Both the position numbers and the translations under genes were made by a program. From NCBI GenBank assembly GCA_964573235.1, contig CAZNIV010000001.1, forward strand, positions 3,709 through 67,708: DNA of 64,000 bases. The letters are read 5' to 3'. Numbering within the stretch: position 1 is the stretch's first letter; the number at the start of each line of letters is the position of its first letter. Below, piece by piece: positions 1 through 9,867 of the stretch. Below the pieces are notes generated by a model. The model was not told the DNA's origin and ran no database searches. It worked only from the letters and a program-made list of their open reading frames with translations. Source of the DNA: an uncultured Gammaproteobacteria bacterium. Lineage in GTDB: Bacteria; Patescibacteriota; Patescibacteriia; 2-01-FULL-39-33.

Positions 1-251
1 AATACAGTCTCTATTACATTGCCGTCATCTAAGGTAATTAGTGCCTTAAAGGTGCGACCATCAGCGGAAGCGAAAACCTTGCCATTAACCGTTAATGGGC
101 TTTCTTGATTCATTTTTTCTCTCAGTGGCAAAGAAAAAGTTAAAACATCGTTCCAATTGCCGGCTAATTGCTTATAAATTGCTTCATAAGCCTGTTTTAC
201 GCGATATTTTGGCTCATCCTTCAAAACTTCTGGCAAGTTACTAATCAACAT
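1..251 (-). CDS. rlmN: 23S rRNA m2A2503 methyltransferase RlmN, N-terminal part (runs off window start)
   Basis: Not in ORF track. My translation from ATG at 251: MLISNLPEVLKDEPKYRVKQAYEAIYKQLAGNWNDVLTFSLPLREKM...SADGRTFKALITLDDGNVIETV, matching the RlmN N-terminal pattern (KYRxxQ...S.DG.T.K...L.DG..IETV). Confidence 0.8.
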   Translation of the reverse strand, partial: MLISNLPEVLKDEPKYRVKQAYEAIYKQLAGNWNDVLTFSLPLREKMNQESPLTVNGKVFASADGRTFKALITLDDGNVIETV

Positions 252-254
252 ATT

Positions 255-1037
255 TTATAAGCTATTAATAAAAATATAATGGAAAATAATTGCAGCCGAA
301 GCGGCAACATTTAATGATTCCATATCTTTAGTCATTTCAATCCGCACAAATTTACTAGCTTGCTCTTCAATTTTAGCATTAACCCCGTGAGTTTCTGAGC
401 CCAATACTAAACAAAAATCAGTTGGCATTTTCATTTTACCTAAATCCTCTGCTTGATTGGCACGCGCCACCATTACCGGCATTTTCTTTTTAATCTCTCC
501 AAAGATAGCTAAATCTTTATCGCGATTAAACTTAATTTTAAAAATCGCATCTTTAGCAGCTTGAACAGTTTTGGGATTATATAATTCCGCGCAACCTTCG
601 CCGAAAACAAAATTAGTCAAACCAAACGCGACACCGGAACGCAAAATTGTGCCTAAATTTCCCGGGTCGTTAATCGCATCTAAATAAACAATTTTATCAC
701 AATAATCTAAGCCTTCAGAAAACTTACTAAACACACCGGCAACGCCAGAACCACTTTCTAATTGCGTAAAATAATCATTTACTCTGTCATTGATGACATA
801 AATTTCTTCTAGACCGCAATTAGCTATAATATAATTTAGTTTATCACTTCCCTTTTGCATTAAATCTTCACGCACAAAAAGCATTTCTGGCTTAACGCCC
901 GATTTCATCGCATCATGAATGATAGTTAAATTTTCCACCAAAAACTGACCGTATTCATCACGGAATTTTTTATCGGCGATTTTTTTTACCCATCGCGCCT
1001 TTTCATTTTCACGACTAGTAATCAATAATTCTTCCAT
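255..1037 (-). CDS. TrmH/SpoU family RNA methyltransferase
   Basis: SPOUT motifs DPGNLGTILRS, LGSETHG and MESLNVAASAAI. Confidence 0.92.
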   Translation of the reverse strand: MEELLITSRENEKARWVKKIADKKFRDEYGQFLVENLTIIHDAMKSGVKPEMLFVREDLMQKGSDKLNYIIANCGLEEIYVINDRVNDYFTQLESGSGVAGVFSKFSEGLDYCDKIVYLDAINDPGNLGTILRSGVAFGLTNFVFGEGCAELYNPKTVQAAKDAIFKIKFNRDKDLAIFGEIKKKMPVMVARANQAEDLGKMKMPTDFCLVLGSETHGVNAKIEEQASKFVRIEMTKDMESLNVAASAAIIFHYIFINSL

Positions 1038-1038
1038 G

Positions 1039-2502
1039 CTAGATATCTCCTAAATTAATTTGCTGATCTAAGCGAATTTGCTTTACAAAATCTGGAATAT
1101 GACTAACCAAAATCATTGACCCTTCAAATTCATTAAGCGCTTTAGCAATTACTGGCAAATGACGGAAATTAATATGATTAGTCGGTTCATCCAACACTAA
1201 TAATCCGGGTTTCATCAAAACCAAACGAGCAAACATCAACAAGCCCTTTTGACCTTCAGACATAAATTTAATTTGATTACCCAATATTTTACCATCCAAC
1301 AAGAATCTTGAAGCCGTAGCACGCAAAACCTGCTCATCTTCTTTAGCCATTACTTCTTCTAGCGCCTCATAACCTGTTTGTTCAAAATCTAAAGTCGAAA
1401 AATCTTGACGATAATAACCGATACGCACCTCTGGTGATACCGATATTTCTTCGGCTTGACGGGTAGCTAATTTTTCTAAGAAAGTAGTTTTACCGATGCC
1501 ATTAGGACCAGCAATAAAAAAATGAATTCCTTTACGCAAAGCAATTTCTACTGGCTTTTCGCGCACTTCACCATTACGGTAAGCCTCCAATCTAGTAATT
1601 GTCGCTATGGTGCCACCAAAAAACGGATCAAATTCTTGGGCAGGAATAGTAAACTCTTTAATCGCCCGATCTTCTCGGCGAACATCTACTTTTTCTTCTT
1701 CATAATCCTCGGCCTGTTCACGCATTTTTTTAGCCAACGAACGCAAACGACCGCCCTTATGCGCAAAGAATTCCGATTTCTCTTTTAAGCTTTGAATATT
1801 TTTTTCCATTCGAGCGTTCTGCATGTTTTCACGCTCAATACGATTTTTAATTTCCTCTACTACATCATAATAATTACCAGTATACTGTTCAATCTTTTTA
1901 GTAAACACATCCAAATACAACACGCCATCAGTAAACATATTCAAAAATTCCGCATCATGAGAGATAACCAAGCACGTTTTATCATACATGATTAAAAATG
2001 TGGTCAAATGATCAATTGCGTCTTGGTCTAAATTATTAGTCGGTTCATCTAATAATAAAATATCCGGCTCTTGGATTAAGGCGTAAGCTAATAATAATTT
2101 GGCCTGCTGACCACCAGAAAGCTTATTGACCGTTTTATCTAAAGGCAAATCAGCATTCACCACTTCAAACACATCGGCGATTCTTTTATCTAAATTATAT
2201 ATCTTTTCATCAAAAGCGGTGGCAAAATATTCACGCACCGTTAGGGGCTTAAATTTTGGATCCATAATCTGCTTCGCGATAGCGATTTTGGCATCCTTAT
2301 CTGAAAAAACATTACCTGCCTTGGTCTTCAACTCACCCATAATCATTTTGAATAGGGTAGTTTTTCCCGAACCGTTTTGGCCCATTAAGGCAAATTTACT
2401 GCCATTACGCATCGAAAAACTAGCCTCATCTAACAGAGGTTTATTAAGTTCAAACTCAAAAGTGACTTCATCAAAACGCAAAACGACATTATCATTGGCC
2501 AT
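1039..2502 (-). CDS. ABC-F family ATPase (ribosome-associated, EttA/Uup-like)
   Basis: Two ABC domains (GQNGSGKT/LSGGQ/LLLDEPTN and GPNGIGKT/MSEGQ/LVLDEPTN), helical linker, no TM segments. Confidence 0.9.
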   Translation of the reverse strand: MANDNVVLRFDEVTFEFELNKPLLDEASFSMRNGSKFALMGQNGSGKTTLFKMIMGELKTKAGNVFSDKDAKIAIAKQIMDPKFKPLTVREYFATAFDEKIYNLDKRIADVFEVVNADLPLDKTVNKLSGGQQAKLLLAYALIQEPDILLLDEPTNNLDQDAIDHLTTFLIMYDKTCLVISHDAEFLNMFTDGVLYLDVFTKKIEQYTGNYYDVVEEIKNRIERENMQNARMEKNIQSLKEKSEFFAHKGGRLRSLAKKMREQAEDYEEEKVDVRREDRAIKEFTIPAQEFDPFFGGTIATITRLEAYRNGEVREKPVEIALRKGIHFFIAGPNGIGKTTFLEKLATRQAEEISVSPEVRIGYYRQDFSTLDFEQTGYEALEEVMAKEDEQVLRATASRFLLDGKILGNQIKFMSEGQKGLLMFARLVLMKPGLLVLDEPTNHINFRHLPVIAKALNEFEGSMILVSHIPDFVKQIRLDQQINLGDI

Positions 2503-2547
2503 AGACGCTTAAACTGGTTATTTCAAAGCTATTAAAAATAGGTTTTT

Positions 2548-2576
2548 ATTATAGCACAAAAGAGAGGATTTTTCAA
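2548..2576 (-). promoter_or_regulatory. Sigma70 promoter for ABC-F/trmH/rlmN
   Basis: Minus strand TTGAAA (2576-2571), 17 bp spacer, TATAAT (2553-2548) with extended TG (TGCTATAAT). Confidence 0.75.
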
Positions 2577-2629
2577 GAGCAAAAAAGCCCCACCAGTGGC
2601 AGAGCTTTTACAACCTGATCGAAAATCTT

Positions 2630-3094
2630 TTAAGCAATTTTAGTAATCTTACACTTTAGAGTTCCAGCTGGAACTTTCAACTCAAATTCGGTACCAATCA
2701 TTTTACCCATAAAAGCGCGACCCAATGGCGACTCATGAGAAATTTTACCATTCATTGGATCAGCCTCACTCGGACCAACGACAGTATAAGAAATTTTTGA
2801 GCCATTATCACAAGCCGCATGAACCGTAGAACCAATAGATACAATACTATTAGTTCTTTCATTGCCAGTAACAATAATCGCATTTTTGATTAAATTTTCC
2901 AATTCCTGAATTCTACCCTCAATAAAGCTTTGATCTTCTCTAGCTTCGTGGTATTCAGCATTTTCGGATAAATCGCCTAATTCTCTAGCAGCCGCAATTC
3001 TTTCAATTACCTCTGGTCGTTTAACTGCAATTAATTCTTTTAATTCCGCTTGCGCTTTTTCTAATCCCTCAGGAGAAACGTAGTTTTCTTTCAT
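2630..3094 (-). CDS. greA: Transcription elongation factor GreA
   Basis: ARELGDLSENAEY motif and ISHESPLGRA. Confidence 0.97.
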   Translation of the reverse strand: MKENYVSPEGLEKAQAELKELIAVKRPEVIERIAAARELGDLSENAEYHEAREDQSFIEGRIQELENLIKNAIIVTGNERTNSIVSIGSTVHAACDNGSKISYTVVGPSEADPMNGKISHESPLGRAFMGKMIGTEFELKVPAGTLKCKITKIA

Positions 3095-3130
3095 AATAGT
3101 ATTTTAAATCTTATTTTTTAAAACATAAAT

Positions 3131-3159
3131 AGAATAATACACTCTCACCCATCTGTCAA
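3131..3159 (-). promoter_or_regulatory. Sigma70 promoter for greA
   Basis: Minus strand TTGACA (3159-3154), 17 bp spacer, TATTCT (3136-3131). Confidence 0.7.
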
Positions 3160-3166
3160 TGGCTAA

Positions 3167-5077
3167 TTATTTTTTGCCATTAAACCAGTAGTTCATAATA
3201 TCTTTAGCGATTGGCACTGCGATCACATCACCACCACCACCCTCTTCTACTAATACCGTGATGGAAAAAGTTGGATTTTCAAATGGCGCATAAGCATTAA
3301 ACCAAGCATGATAAGCCTTGCTACTATTCCACTGAGCCGTACCGGTTTTACCCGCAGAAGTAACTGGTAAACTAGCTAGGGCTCGACCAGAACCGGCTAA
3401 TACCGTTTGACGCATCGCATCTTGCACAAATTTAATATTTTTTTTATCCACCATGCCTTCACGAATAACTTCTATTGGCATTTCTTTTTTGGTGCCATCA
3501 GCATTAATAATGGTCTTTACCAAATGCGGACGAATTAATTTTCCGCCATTAGCAACTGTTGAGTTATAAGCATTAACTTGTAGCGGTGTTACCAATAAAC
3601 CACCCTGACCAATTGATAAATGATAAGTATCGCCAATATACCAAGGTTCACCAGAAGTTTTCTTTTTCCATTCTTCATCTGGCACCAAACCCTTACTCTC
3701 ACCCGGTAAATCAATACCCAAACGCTCACCTAAGCCAAATAATCTAAGATACTTATCTATTCTTTCTAGTCCCAAACCTTTAAAATCGCCATAGCCACCG
3801 CCAATATAATAAAAATAGGTATTTACCGACATGGCAATAGCGCGATACAAATTAGTCACTCCATGACCTCCAGCAAGCCAGTCAGGAAAGGTCCAAGAGC
3901 CCACATGAATGCCTCCTGTGCTCAAAAAACTAGTTTGTGGAGTTACTACCCCCTCTTGCAGTGCCGCGGCTGCCATGACCATTTTAACCGTTGAGCCAGA
4001 GGGATACTCACCAGAAACCGAGCGACTAAATAATGGCTTCTTTTCATCGTTTAATAAGGCTTTATAATCTGCTAAACTAATTCCAGTTGTAAATAAATTA
4101 TTATCATAAGATGGGTAATCCACCAGTGCTAATATTTCGCCATTTTGAGGATTAGAAATCACTATTGCCGCCGTTTTTTTTCCTTGCAATCTTTTTTCTA
4201 AAGTCCGATAAGCAAACTCCTGCAAATCTACATCAATACTTAACTGAATATCTGATCCGGGCACAAATGGCACCTGCGACACAATTTTTCTTTCACGCCC
4301 CAAAGCATCTACTTCTACCATTTTTTTACCATGTTGGCCTTTCAAATCTTGTTCGTAATATCTCTCTAGACCCGTCTTACCAATACCATCTGTTAATAAA
4401 TATTGCCCCGGATTTTTTTCATATTCAGCCGTATTCACCTTGCCCACATAACCCATAATATGCGAAGTTTCTTTACTATATAAATAATTACGCCAAGAAT
4501 CCACCTCCAAATCTACTCCCGGCAAATCGGCACTCATAATTTTTAACGCCATCGCCTGTTCGTAAGGAATACCCGTTTTAATCGTAATCGGTTCAAAATA
4601 ATATTTATCAGCACCTTTGATTTGTTCCTCCACATCTGAAACCTGTAATCCAAAAACCGTGGCTATCTTATCTAAAACCGCCTGCCTTTGCTGTTGCTCT
4701 TTTGGTAATCCAGCCTGAGTAATGAATAAAGAAAAACCGGAAACATTTTGCACTAACGGCTTACCATTACGATCAAGAATAATGCCGCGATTCGCCTTAA
4801 CATACTCGGTACGCAAGCGATTACTTTCTGCCTGACTAAAATAAGTATCGCCCTTAATAATTTGCAAATAAAAAGTTTTCCCCAATAATAACACTAAGGC
4901 TAACATCAACAAGGCAATAAAAATTATTGCTCTAGTCTTAGTTAACGATAAGCTCAAATAAGATGAGGAGTGAAATGAAGCGCCATCAGAATTAAAAGAG
5001 CTTTCCACCCACGCCAAATTACTTTTAGCTTTTAAATCTATATCATCAGAAATAAAAAATGGTCCTTCTCTTCTCAT
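3167..5077 (-). CDS. mrdA: Penicillin-binding protein 2
   Basis: N-terminal TM, RGIILDRNG dimerisation motif, SxxK (GSTVK), SxN (SVN) and KTG motifs; follows mreBCD. Confidence 0.95.
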   Translation of the reverse strand: MRREGPFFISDDIDLKAKSNLAWVESSFNSDGASFHSSSYLSLSLTKTRAIIFIALLMLALVLLLGKTFYLQIIKGDTYFSQAESNRLRTEYVKANRGIILDRNGKPLVQNVSGFSLFITQAGLPKEQQQRQAVLDKIATVFGLQVSDVEEQIKGADKYYFEPITIKTGIPYEQAMALKIMSADLPGVDLEVDSWRNYLYSKETSHIMGYVGKVNTAEYEKNPGQYLLTDGIGKTGLERYYEQDLKGQHGKKMVEVDALGRERKIVSQVPFVPGSDIQLSIDVDLQEFAYRTLEKRLQGKKTAAIVISNPQNGEILALVDYPSYDNNLFTTGISLADYKALLNDEKKPLFSRSVSGEYPSGSTVKMVMAAAALQEGVVTPQTSFLSTGGIHVGSWTFPDWLAGGHGVTNLYRAIAMSVNTYFYYIGGGYGDFKGLGLERIDKYLRLFGLGERLGIDLPGESKGLVPDEEWKKKTSGEPWYIGDTYHLSIGQGGLLVTPLQVNAYNSTVANGGKLIRPHLVKTIINADGTKKEMPIEVIREGMVDKKNIKFVQDAMRQTVLAGSGRALASLPVTSAGKTGTAQWNSSKAYHAWFNAYAPFENPTFSITVLVEEGGGGDVIAVPIAKDIMNYWFNGKK

Positions 5078-5613
5078 GATTGGATAAATATTGGCTTAAA
5101 ACTTCTGGTATGTCGATTAATAAAATAAAAAACCACTAACAATAAAAGCGTACTAGTAATTGCTTGGCCAATCGTATCCGCTAACCAAGCTCTGGCTGAA
5201 AAAAAATCACTTAAGCGCAGCAAATAAAATAAACCCGAAGTGGCCAAAAAAAGTAAATTATAAACAACAGCCCCAATTAATCCTAGCGACAACAAAGAAT
5301 ACATTGAGCGATTCGTAAAAAAATTATGGTGCAATAAGGCTAAAATCATAGCCGTAGAAAAATAAACCAACATAAAAAAACCAAACGGCAAATTAGAATA
5401 AATATCAGCCAAAAAACCTAACCATAAACCCACCAACAAGCCAGCACTATAATCAAATAAATTTACCGTCAAAATTATCAAACATAAAACTAAATTAAGA
5501 TAATGCCAAAAACCTCCTAAATTAGAAAAAAAAGACATCTGTAAATGAAAAATAATCGTTACTACGGCTAACGAAAAAAATACTCGCCAAATTTTGCGAT
5601 GATTTTCTTGCAT
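5074..5613 (-). CDS. mreD: Rod shape-determining protein MreD
   Basis: Very hydrophobic multi-TM protein with GFLADIYS..PFG; lies between mreC and mrdA. Confidence 0.8.
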   Translation of the reverse strand: MQENHRKIWRVFFSLAVVTIIFHLQMSFFSNLGGFWHYLNLVLCLIILTVNLFDYSAGLLVGLWLGFLADIYSNLPFGFFMLVYFSTAMILALLHHNFFTNRSMYSLLSLGLIGAVVYNLLFLATSGLFYLLRLSDFFSARAWLADTIGQAITSTLLLLVVFYFINRHTRSFKPIFIQS

Positions 5614-5614
5614 A

Positions 5615-6409
5615 TTAAGGAATAATAACCGTTACATAACTTAAATTATCAAAAGAGACGATCGGCTTAAGTGTTGCGGTTTTAAAAATTTCGCTTTCCA
5701 CCTGAGATATACCATCAATCACTGCTACTAATAAATTTTTAGGAATGTTTCCTTCTAATCCTGAGGTTACCACTAAATCCCCTTCTCGAACATCTTGATC
5801 TTGAGGCACATTAGTCATAGAAAAACTCAAACCAAACTGACCCTCTGCTAAACCAACAGTTTGGGTTAAATTTTGTACGGTCACTGCTACTTTACTTTTA
5901 TTATCCGTTAACAATAATACCTTACTGTAGTCAGGATAAACGTCGTAAATTTTGCCAATCAAAACACCATCATCCACCACTACCGCCAACCCTTTAACAA
6001 CCCCATCATTAGTGCCACGATTAATAACTACTGACTTAGAAATATTATCCGAAACACCTGTAATAATTTTAGCGGAAACAAATTTAATTTTGTTCGTCTG
6101 CACAAAATTTAGCTCTTTTTTTAATAACGCATTTTCTTCAGATAAACCATTCAATTTAGTGGTATCCAATTGATAACGCTTAAGCTGTTCTTGCAAATCA
6201 CCATTTTCTTTTAACAAATCACGCTTAGTTACCCAATCACTAATAAAATTTTTAGTTTCATAAGAAGTGACATACATTAAGCGCTGAACTGGCGAAGTAG
6301 CCCAAATAAAAAAATTCTCCACCGGCCTAAACCAGCCTATGTAGTGTAAAGCGACACTCAATATCATTGCCACTAAACCAAAAATGGCCAATTTAAATGC
6401 CTTATTCAT
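5615..6409 (-). CDS. mreC: Rod shape-determining protein MreC
   Basis: TM, coiled coil (EENALLKKEL), INRGTNDGV, GDLVVTSGL; operon context. Confidence 0.93.
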   Translation of the reverse strand: MNKAFKLAIFGLVAMILSVALHYIGWFRPVENFFIWATSPVQRLMYVTSYETKNFISDWVTKRDLLKENGDLQEQLKRYQLDTTKLNGLSEENALLKKELNFVQTNKIKFVSAKIITGVSDNISKSVVINRGTNDGVVKGLAVVVDDGVLIGKIYDVYPDYSKVLLLTDNKSKVAVTVQNLTQTVGLAEGQFGLSFSMTNVPQDQDVREGDLVVTSGLEGNIPKNLLVAVIDGISQVESEIFKTATLKPIVSFDNLSYVTVIIP

Positions 6410-6429
6410 AGCAGAAATTTTTATAATTC

Positions 6430-7467
6430 TTATTGGGCGGAAGGGATAGAAATATCATTCAAAAGCGCCTCATCTTCTAAAATAACGCCCATACCGCGCA
6501 CCACGCAAGTTTGAGGGTCATCCGCAATGTGCACTGGTATTTGAATGGCGTTAGCAATAAAACGATCCACGCCTTTTAATAACGAGGTGCCACCGGTTAA
6601 AATAACGCCTTTCTGATAAATATCCGCCACCAATTCCGGAGGGGTGGTTTCTAGAGTGGATTTAATCGCATCTACGATCTGACGCACTGATTTATTAATA
6701 GATTGTTGAATCTGAACAGAATTAACATGAACTTCTCTTGGCAAACCACTCAAAATATCACGACCACGCATTTCTATTTCCATCACTTCTTTCAAATCAA
6801 CAGCTGAACCAATTTTCTTTTTAATGTCTTCCGCTACCATTTCACCCAAAACCAAACTAAATTCTTCTCGCGCAAAACGAACAATATCATGATTGAGAGT
6901 TTGACCAGCTACCTTAGAAACTTTCCAATTAACAATGCCATTTAAAGAAATTACCGCAACTTCGGTTAAGCCACCGCCTAAATTAACTACCATATTACCG
7001 CTTGGATCTTGAATAGGAATACGAGCACCAATCGCTGCAGCCATGATATTTTCTACTAAGTAAACTTGCTTAGCGCCAGCCGATAACACCACATCTTCTA
7101 CGGCTTTTTTTTCTACCTCGGTTACATCTAATGGAATACCCACAATAACCCTAGGCTTACCACCAAAAGAAAATTTTTCTGACTGCACTTTTTCAAAAAA
7201 ATATTTAAGCATTTTTTCGGCCACTTCAAAATTAGAAATGACGCCATGCACCAACGGTGAATCAGCTTCAATATGAGGCGGGGTTTTACCCAACATGCGC
7301 CTAGCATCATCACCAACGGCTAAAATTTGGTCGGTGCGATGATTAATCGCTACCACTGATGATTCACTAACTACAATGCCACGATCCCGTTTAAAAATCG
7401 TGGTTTTAGTCGTACCCAAATCCACGCCCAAGTCATGATTAAATTTTCCAAAAAACTTTTTAAACAT
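6430..7467 (-). CDS. mreB: MreB actin homolog, copy 1 (operonic, substitutions at catalytic positions)
   Basis: DLGT phosphate-1 loop, AAAIGA, TPPEL..DI...G..LTGG; N-terminal amphipathic helix MFKKFFGKF. Confidence 0.93.
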   Translation of the reverse strand: MFKKFFGKFNHDLGVDLGTTKTTIFKRDRGIVVSESSVVAINHRTDQILAVGDDARRMLGKTPPHIEADSPLVHGVISNFEVAEKMLKYFFEKVQSEKFSFGGKPRVIVGIPLDVTEVEKKAVEDVVLSAGAKQVYLVENIMAAAIGARIPIQDPSGNMVVNLGGGLTEVAVISLNGIVNWKVSKVAGQTLNHDIVRFAREEFSLVLGEMVAEDIKKKIGSAVDLKEVMEIEMRGRDILSGLPREVHVNSVQIQQSINKSVRQIVDAIKSTLETTPPELVADIYQKGVILTGGTSLLKGVDRFIANAIQIPVHIADDPQTCVVRGMGVILEDEALLNDISIPSAQ

Positions 7468-7500
7468 AAATTATAATCCTTCCAACCAATAACTAGCCAG

Positions 7501-7657
7501 AGCTCATTCATTAATTCTCTTATCGATTATAAAGTTTTTAATTTTGAGCGAAAATTACAGATTTTGAGAAGGCATATTAAGATATGTCGACGAAAAATAT
7601 GAAATTTGCAGCCAAAATTTAAAACTTTTAATGATATACGGAATTAGTGAATGAACT
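7501..7657. repeat. About 157-bp imperfect palindromic element (RPE/MITE-like) upstream of mreB
   Basis: Nested inverted repeats with one centre near 7579: 7501-7517 vs 7641-7657 (15/17), 7531-7546 vs 7613-7628 (15/16), central hairpin GGCATAT-TAAG-ATATGTC. Confidence 0.75.
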
Positions 7658-7754
7658 ATTGTTACACATAAATTAACAGAAAAACCGAAAAAAAACAACC
7701 AGTCATTAGCCCTTGATTATTTAATATTATAATATAACATAAATAACGCCATTT

Positions 7755-8123
7755 TTAGCCAAAAATATTGGACCAGAATCCCTTTTCCTCTTTTTCGTCT
7801 TTTTGACGATTTTCTTCTTTGGCTGTCTCATCATCAGTCATTAATTCAGCCAAGACGCCCAAAATACGGTCTACTTCGTTTTCTACTGTTTCTCCGTCAT
7901 ATTCGCCACTATGCGCCGTAATACCATCATATATGGCTTTTTTTTGATCCAAATGTAAGTTAATTACATTATTAGTAATATATACATGAAAACGCGGATA
8001 AAAATTGCTCCCCATAGTTCTGGCATAACTAACTATTCCCTCTTTATTAGGTGGCAATTGACCATAGCCACTCTTGCGAATAAGGCTAATAGCAGAAATT
8101 TTTTGCTCAACAGGAATTTTCAT
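7755..8123 (-). CDS. Hypothetical protein (about 122 aa)
   Basis: Probable start MKIPVEQ overlaps the rseP stop (TAATG). Contains YPRFHVY...LHLDQKK...HSGEYDG, a pattern I recall from CPR hypotheticals (not verified). Confidence 0.7.
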   Translation of the reverse strand: MKIPVEQKISAISLIRKSGYGQLPPNKEGIVSYARTMGSNFYPRFHVYITNNVINLHLDQKKAIYDGITAHSGEYDGETVENEVDRILGVLAELMTDDETAKEENRQKDEKEEKGFWSNIFG

Positions 8124-9277
8124 TATAAACCAACCAAGTGTTTTAAACCACCCCAAATACGACCACCATATTTAACCAAGTCACTACATGTAATTATTAC
8201 CACTAAACCCATAATCAAGATAAAACCAATATTATGCGCCATATTTTCCCATTGCTGTTTCATCGCCTTGCCTCTTAATTTTTCTATTATTAAGAAGAGA
8301 ATGCGACCGCCATCTAAGGCTGGCAACGGCAAAATATTAATGACCGCCAAATTCAGCGATAACATCGCCATAAACTGCAATAAATAAATCAATCCTAATT
8401 TAGTTACCTGACCGGTAATAACGGCAATACCAACTGGACCGGCTACATCAGCCGAAACCGAAACCCCGGTAACTAACTTTTTAAACAAATCAAATAAAGC
8501 CGTAAAAATAGCACCAGTTAATACAACTGTGGTTTTCGCACCTTCCCAAATAGCTCGATACCATGGATATTTAACCACGGCAGTGTGTGCCAAATCAACA
8601 CCAATACCAGCGCGACCACCTACATCTTTAACTTCAACTGAAAAGGTTTTTTCTTCAACATCACGCTTAACACTAATTTGTACGCTTTGATCTTTCTTAT
8701 TTACCAAATAATCCCTTAGCATTTGAACGCCGGTGATTTTTTGACCATCAACAAATAATAACTCATCACCCGACTTAATGCCTGCTTTTTCGGCGCCAAA
8801 GCCGGCTACGGCTTGTAAAATTTGCACCTTTTCCTCTTTTAAATATTTACTATCAACCGTTCCATCAACCATCATTGGGGTGCCAACGCCATAACCAATA
8901 GATAATAAAGTAACGCACAACAACACGTTCATAATCACACCTGCAGCCAAAATAACGATCCGTTGCCAAATTGGCTTAGCTGCAAAGCTATCCGCATCTG
9001 GCTTATCTTGACCGTTTTCCCCTTTAATTTTTACAAAACCGCCAATTGGAATCCAATTTAAAGAATATACGATGGTTTTTTCTTCTGGGTTTTTATTACC
9101 CCAAATAAAGCGCCATTTGCCATTAACTTTATAAACCCCACCAATACGCGGTGGTAAACCAAAGCCAAATTCATCAACGCCAGTGCCAAATTTTAGCGCC
9201 GTCCAAAAATGACCAAGCTCATGAACAAAAACGAGCACTGACAATACGAGAAAAAATATTATAATAGTGATAATCAT
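8123..9277 (-). CDS. rseP: RIP metalloprotease RseP (site-2 protease with PDZ domain)
   Basis: HELGH zinc motif, IPIGGFVKI, PDZ region, NILPLPALDGG. Confidence 0.95.
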   Translation of the reverse strand: MIITIIIFFLVLSVLVFVHELGHFWTALKFGTGVDEFGFGLPPRIGGVYKVNGKWRFIWGNKNPEEKTIVYSLNWIPIGGFVKIKGENGQDKPDADSFAAKPIWQRIVILAAGVIMNVLLCVTLLSIGYGVGTPMMVDGTVDSKYLKEEKVQILQAVAGFGAEKAGIKSGDELLFVDGQKITGVQMLRDYLVNKKDQSVQISVKRDVEEKTFSVEVKDVGGRAGIGVDLAHTAVVKYPWYRAIWEGAKTTVVLTGAIFTALFDLFKKLVTGVSVSADVAGPVGIAVITGQVTKLGLIYLLQFMAMLSLNLAVINILPLPALDGGRILFLIIEKLRGKAMKQQWENMAHNIGFILIMGLVVIITCSDLVKYGGRIWGGLKHLVGL

Positions 9278-9280
9278 GCC

Positions 9281-9832
9281 TTAAATAGTCATTACTTCTT
9301 TTTCTTTTTCTTCACCGATTTTTTTAATCAGATCATTGAACTCCGAAGTTTTTTTATCCAATTCTTCAAATGACTGGAATTTTAAATCCTCGCTAATTTC
9401 TTTTTCTTTTTCCGCGCGCGTAATTTCAGTTCTAATTTCATCTCTTACCTTACGCAAAGCAATTCTCGCCTCTTCCATTTTCTGATGAAGAACCTTAACT
9501 ACCGCTTTACGATTTTCTTCAGTCATCATTGGTAAACTAATACGAATTTTTTCACCTTCATTGACTGGTGATAAGTTCAAATCACTTTCACGAATAGCTG
9601 TTTCAATATTTTTTAAAACAGATTTATCCCAAGGTTGAATTAAAATACAACGAGCCTCAGGCACAGAAATCGAACCCAACTGATTAAGTGGTGTTCTAGC
9701 GCCATAAGCTTCAACTTGAATATTATCCAAAATACTTGGATTAGCCCGACCCGTCTTTAAGGTGCTAATATCGTTTTTAAAATGCTCAATTGCCTTAGTA
9801 AATAAACCTGCATGATCAGTTAAAATACTCAT
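9281..9832 (-). CDS. frr: Ribosome recycling factor
   Basis: TGRANPSILD...YG..TPLNQ...QPWD...TEENRK...RKVR. Confidence 0.97.
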   Translation of the reverse strand: MSILTDHAGLFTKAIEHFKNDISTLKTGRANPSILDNIQVEAYGARTPLNQLGSISVPEARCILIQPWDKSVLKNIETAIRESDLNLSPVNEGEKIRISLPMMTEENRKAVVKVLHQKMEEARIALRKVRDEIRTEITRAEKEKEISEDLKFQSFEELDKKTSEFNDLIKKIGEEKEKEVMTI

Positions 9833-9867
9833 AAATTTTCAATTATTTCTAAACCTTACTTAATTAA

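Noticed and set aside
2581-2609. Possible terminator after greA
   Set aside because: Hairpin AAAGCCCCACCAGTGGCAGAGCTTT pairs poorly; plausible but too weak to list as a feature.
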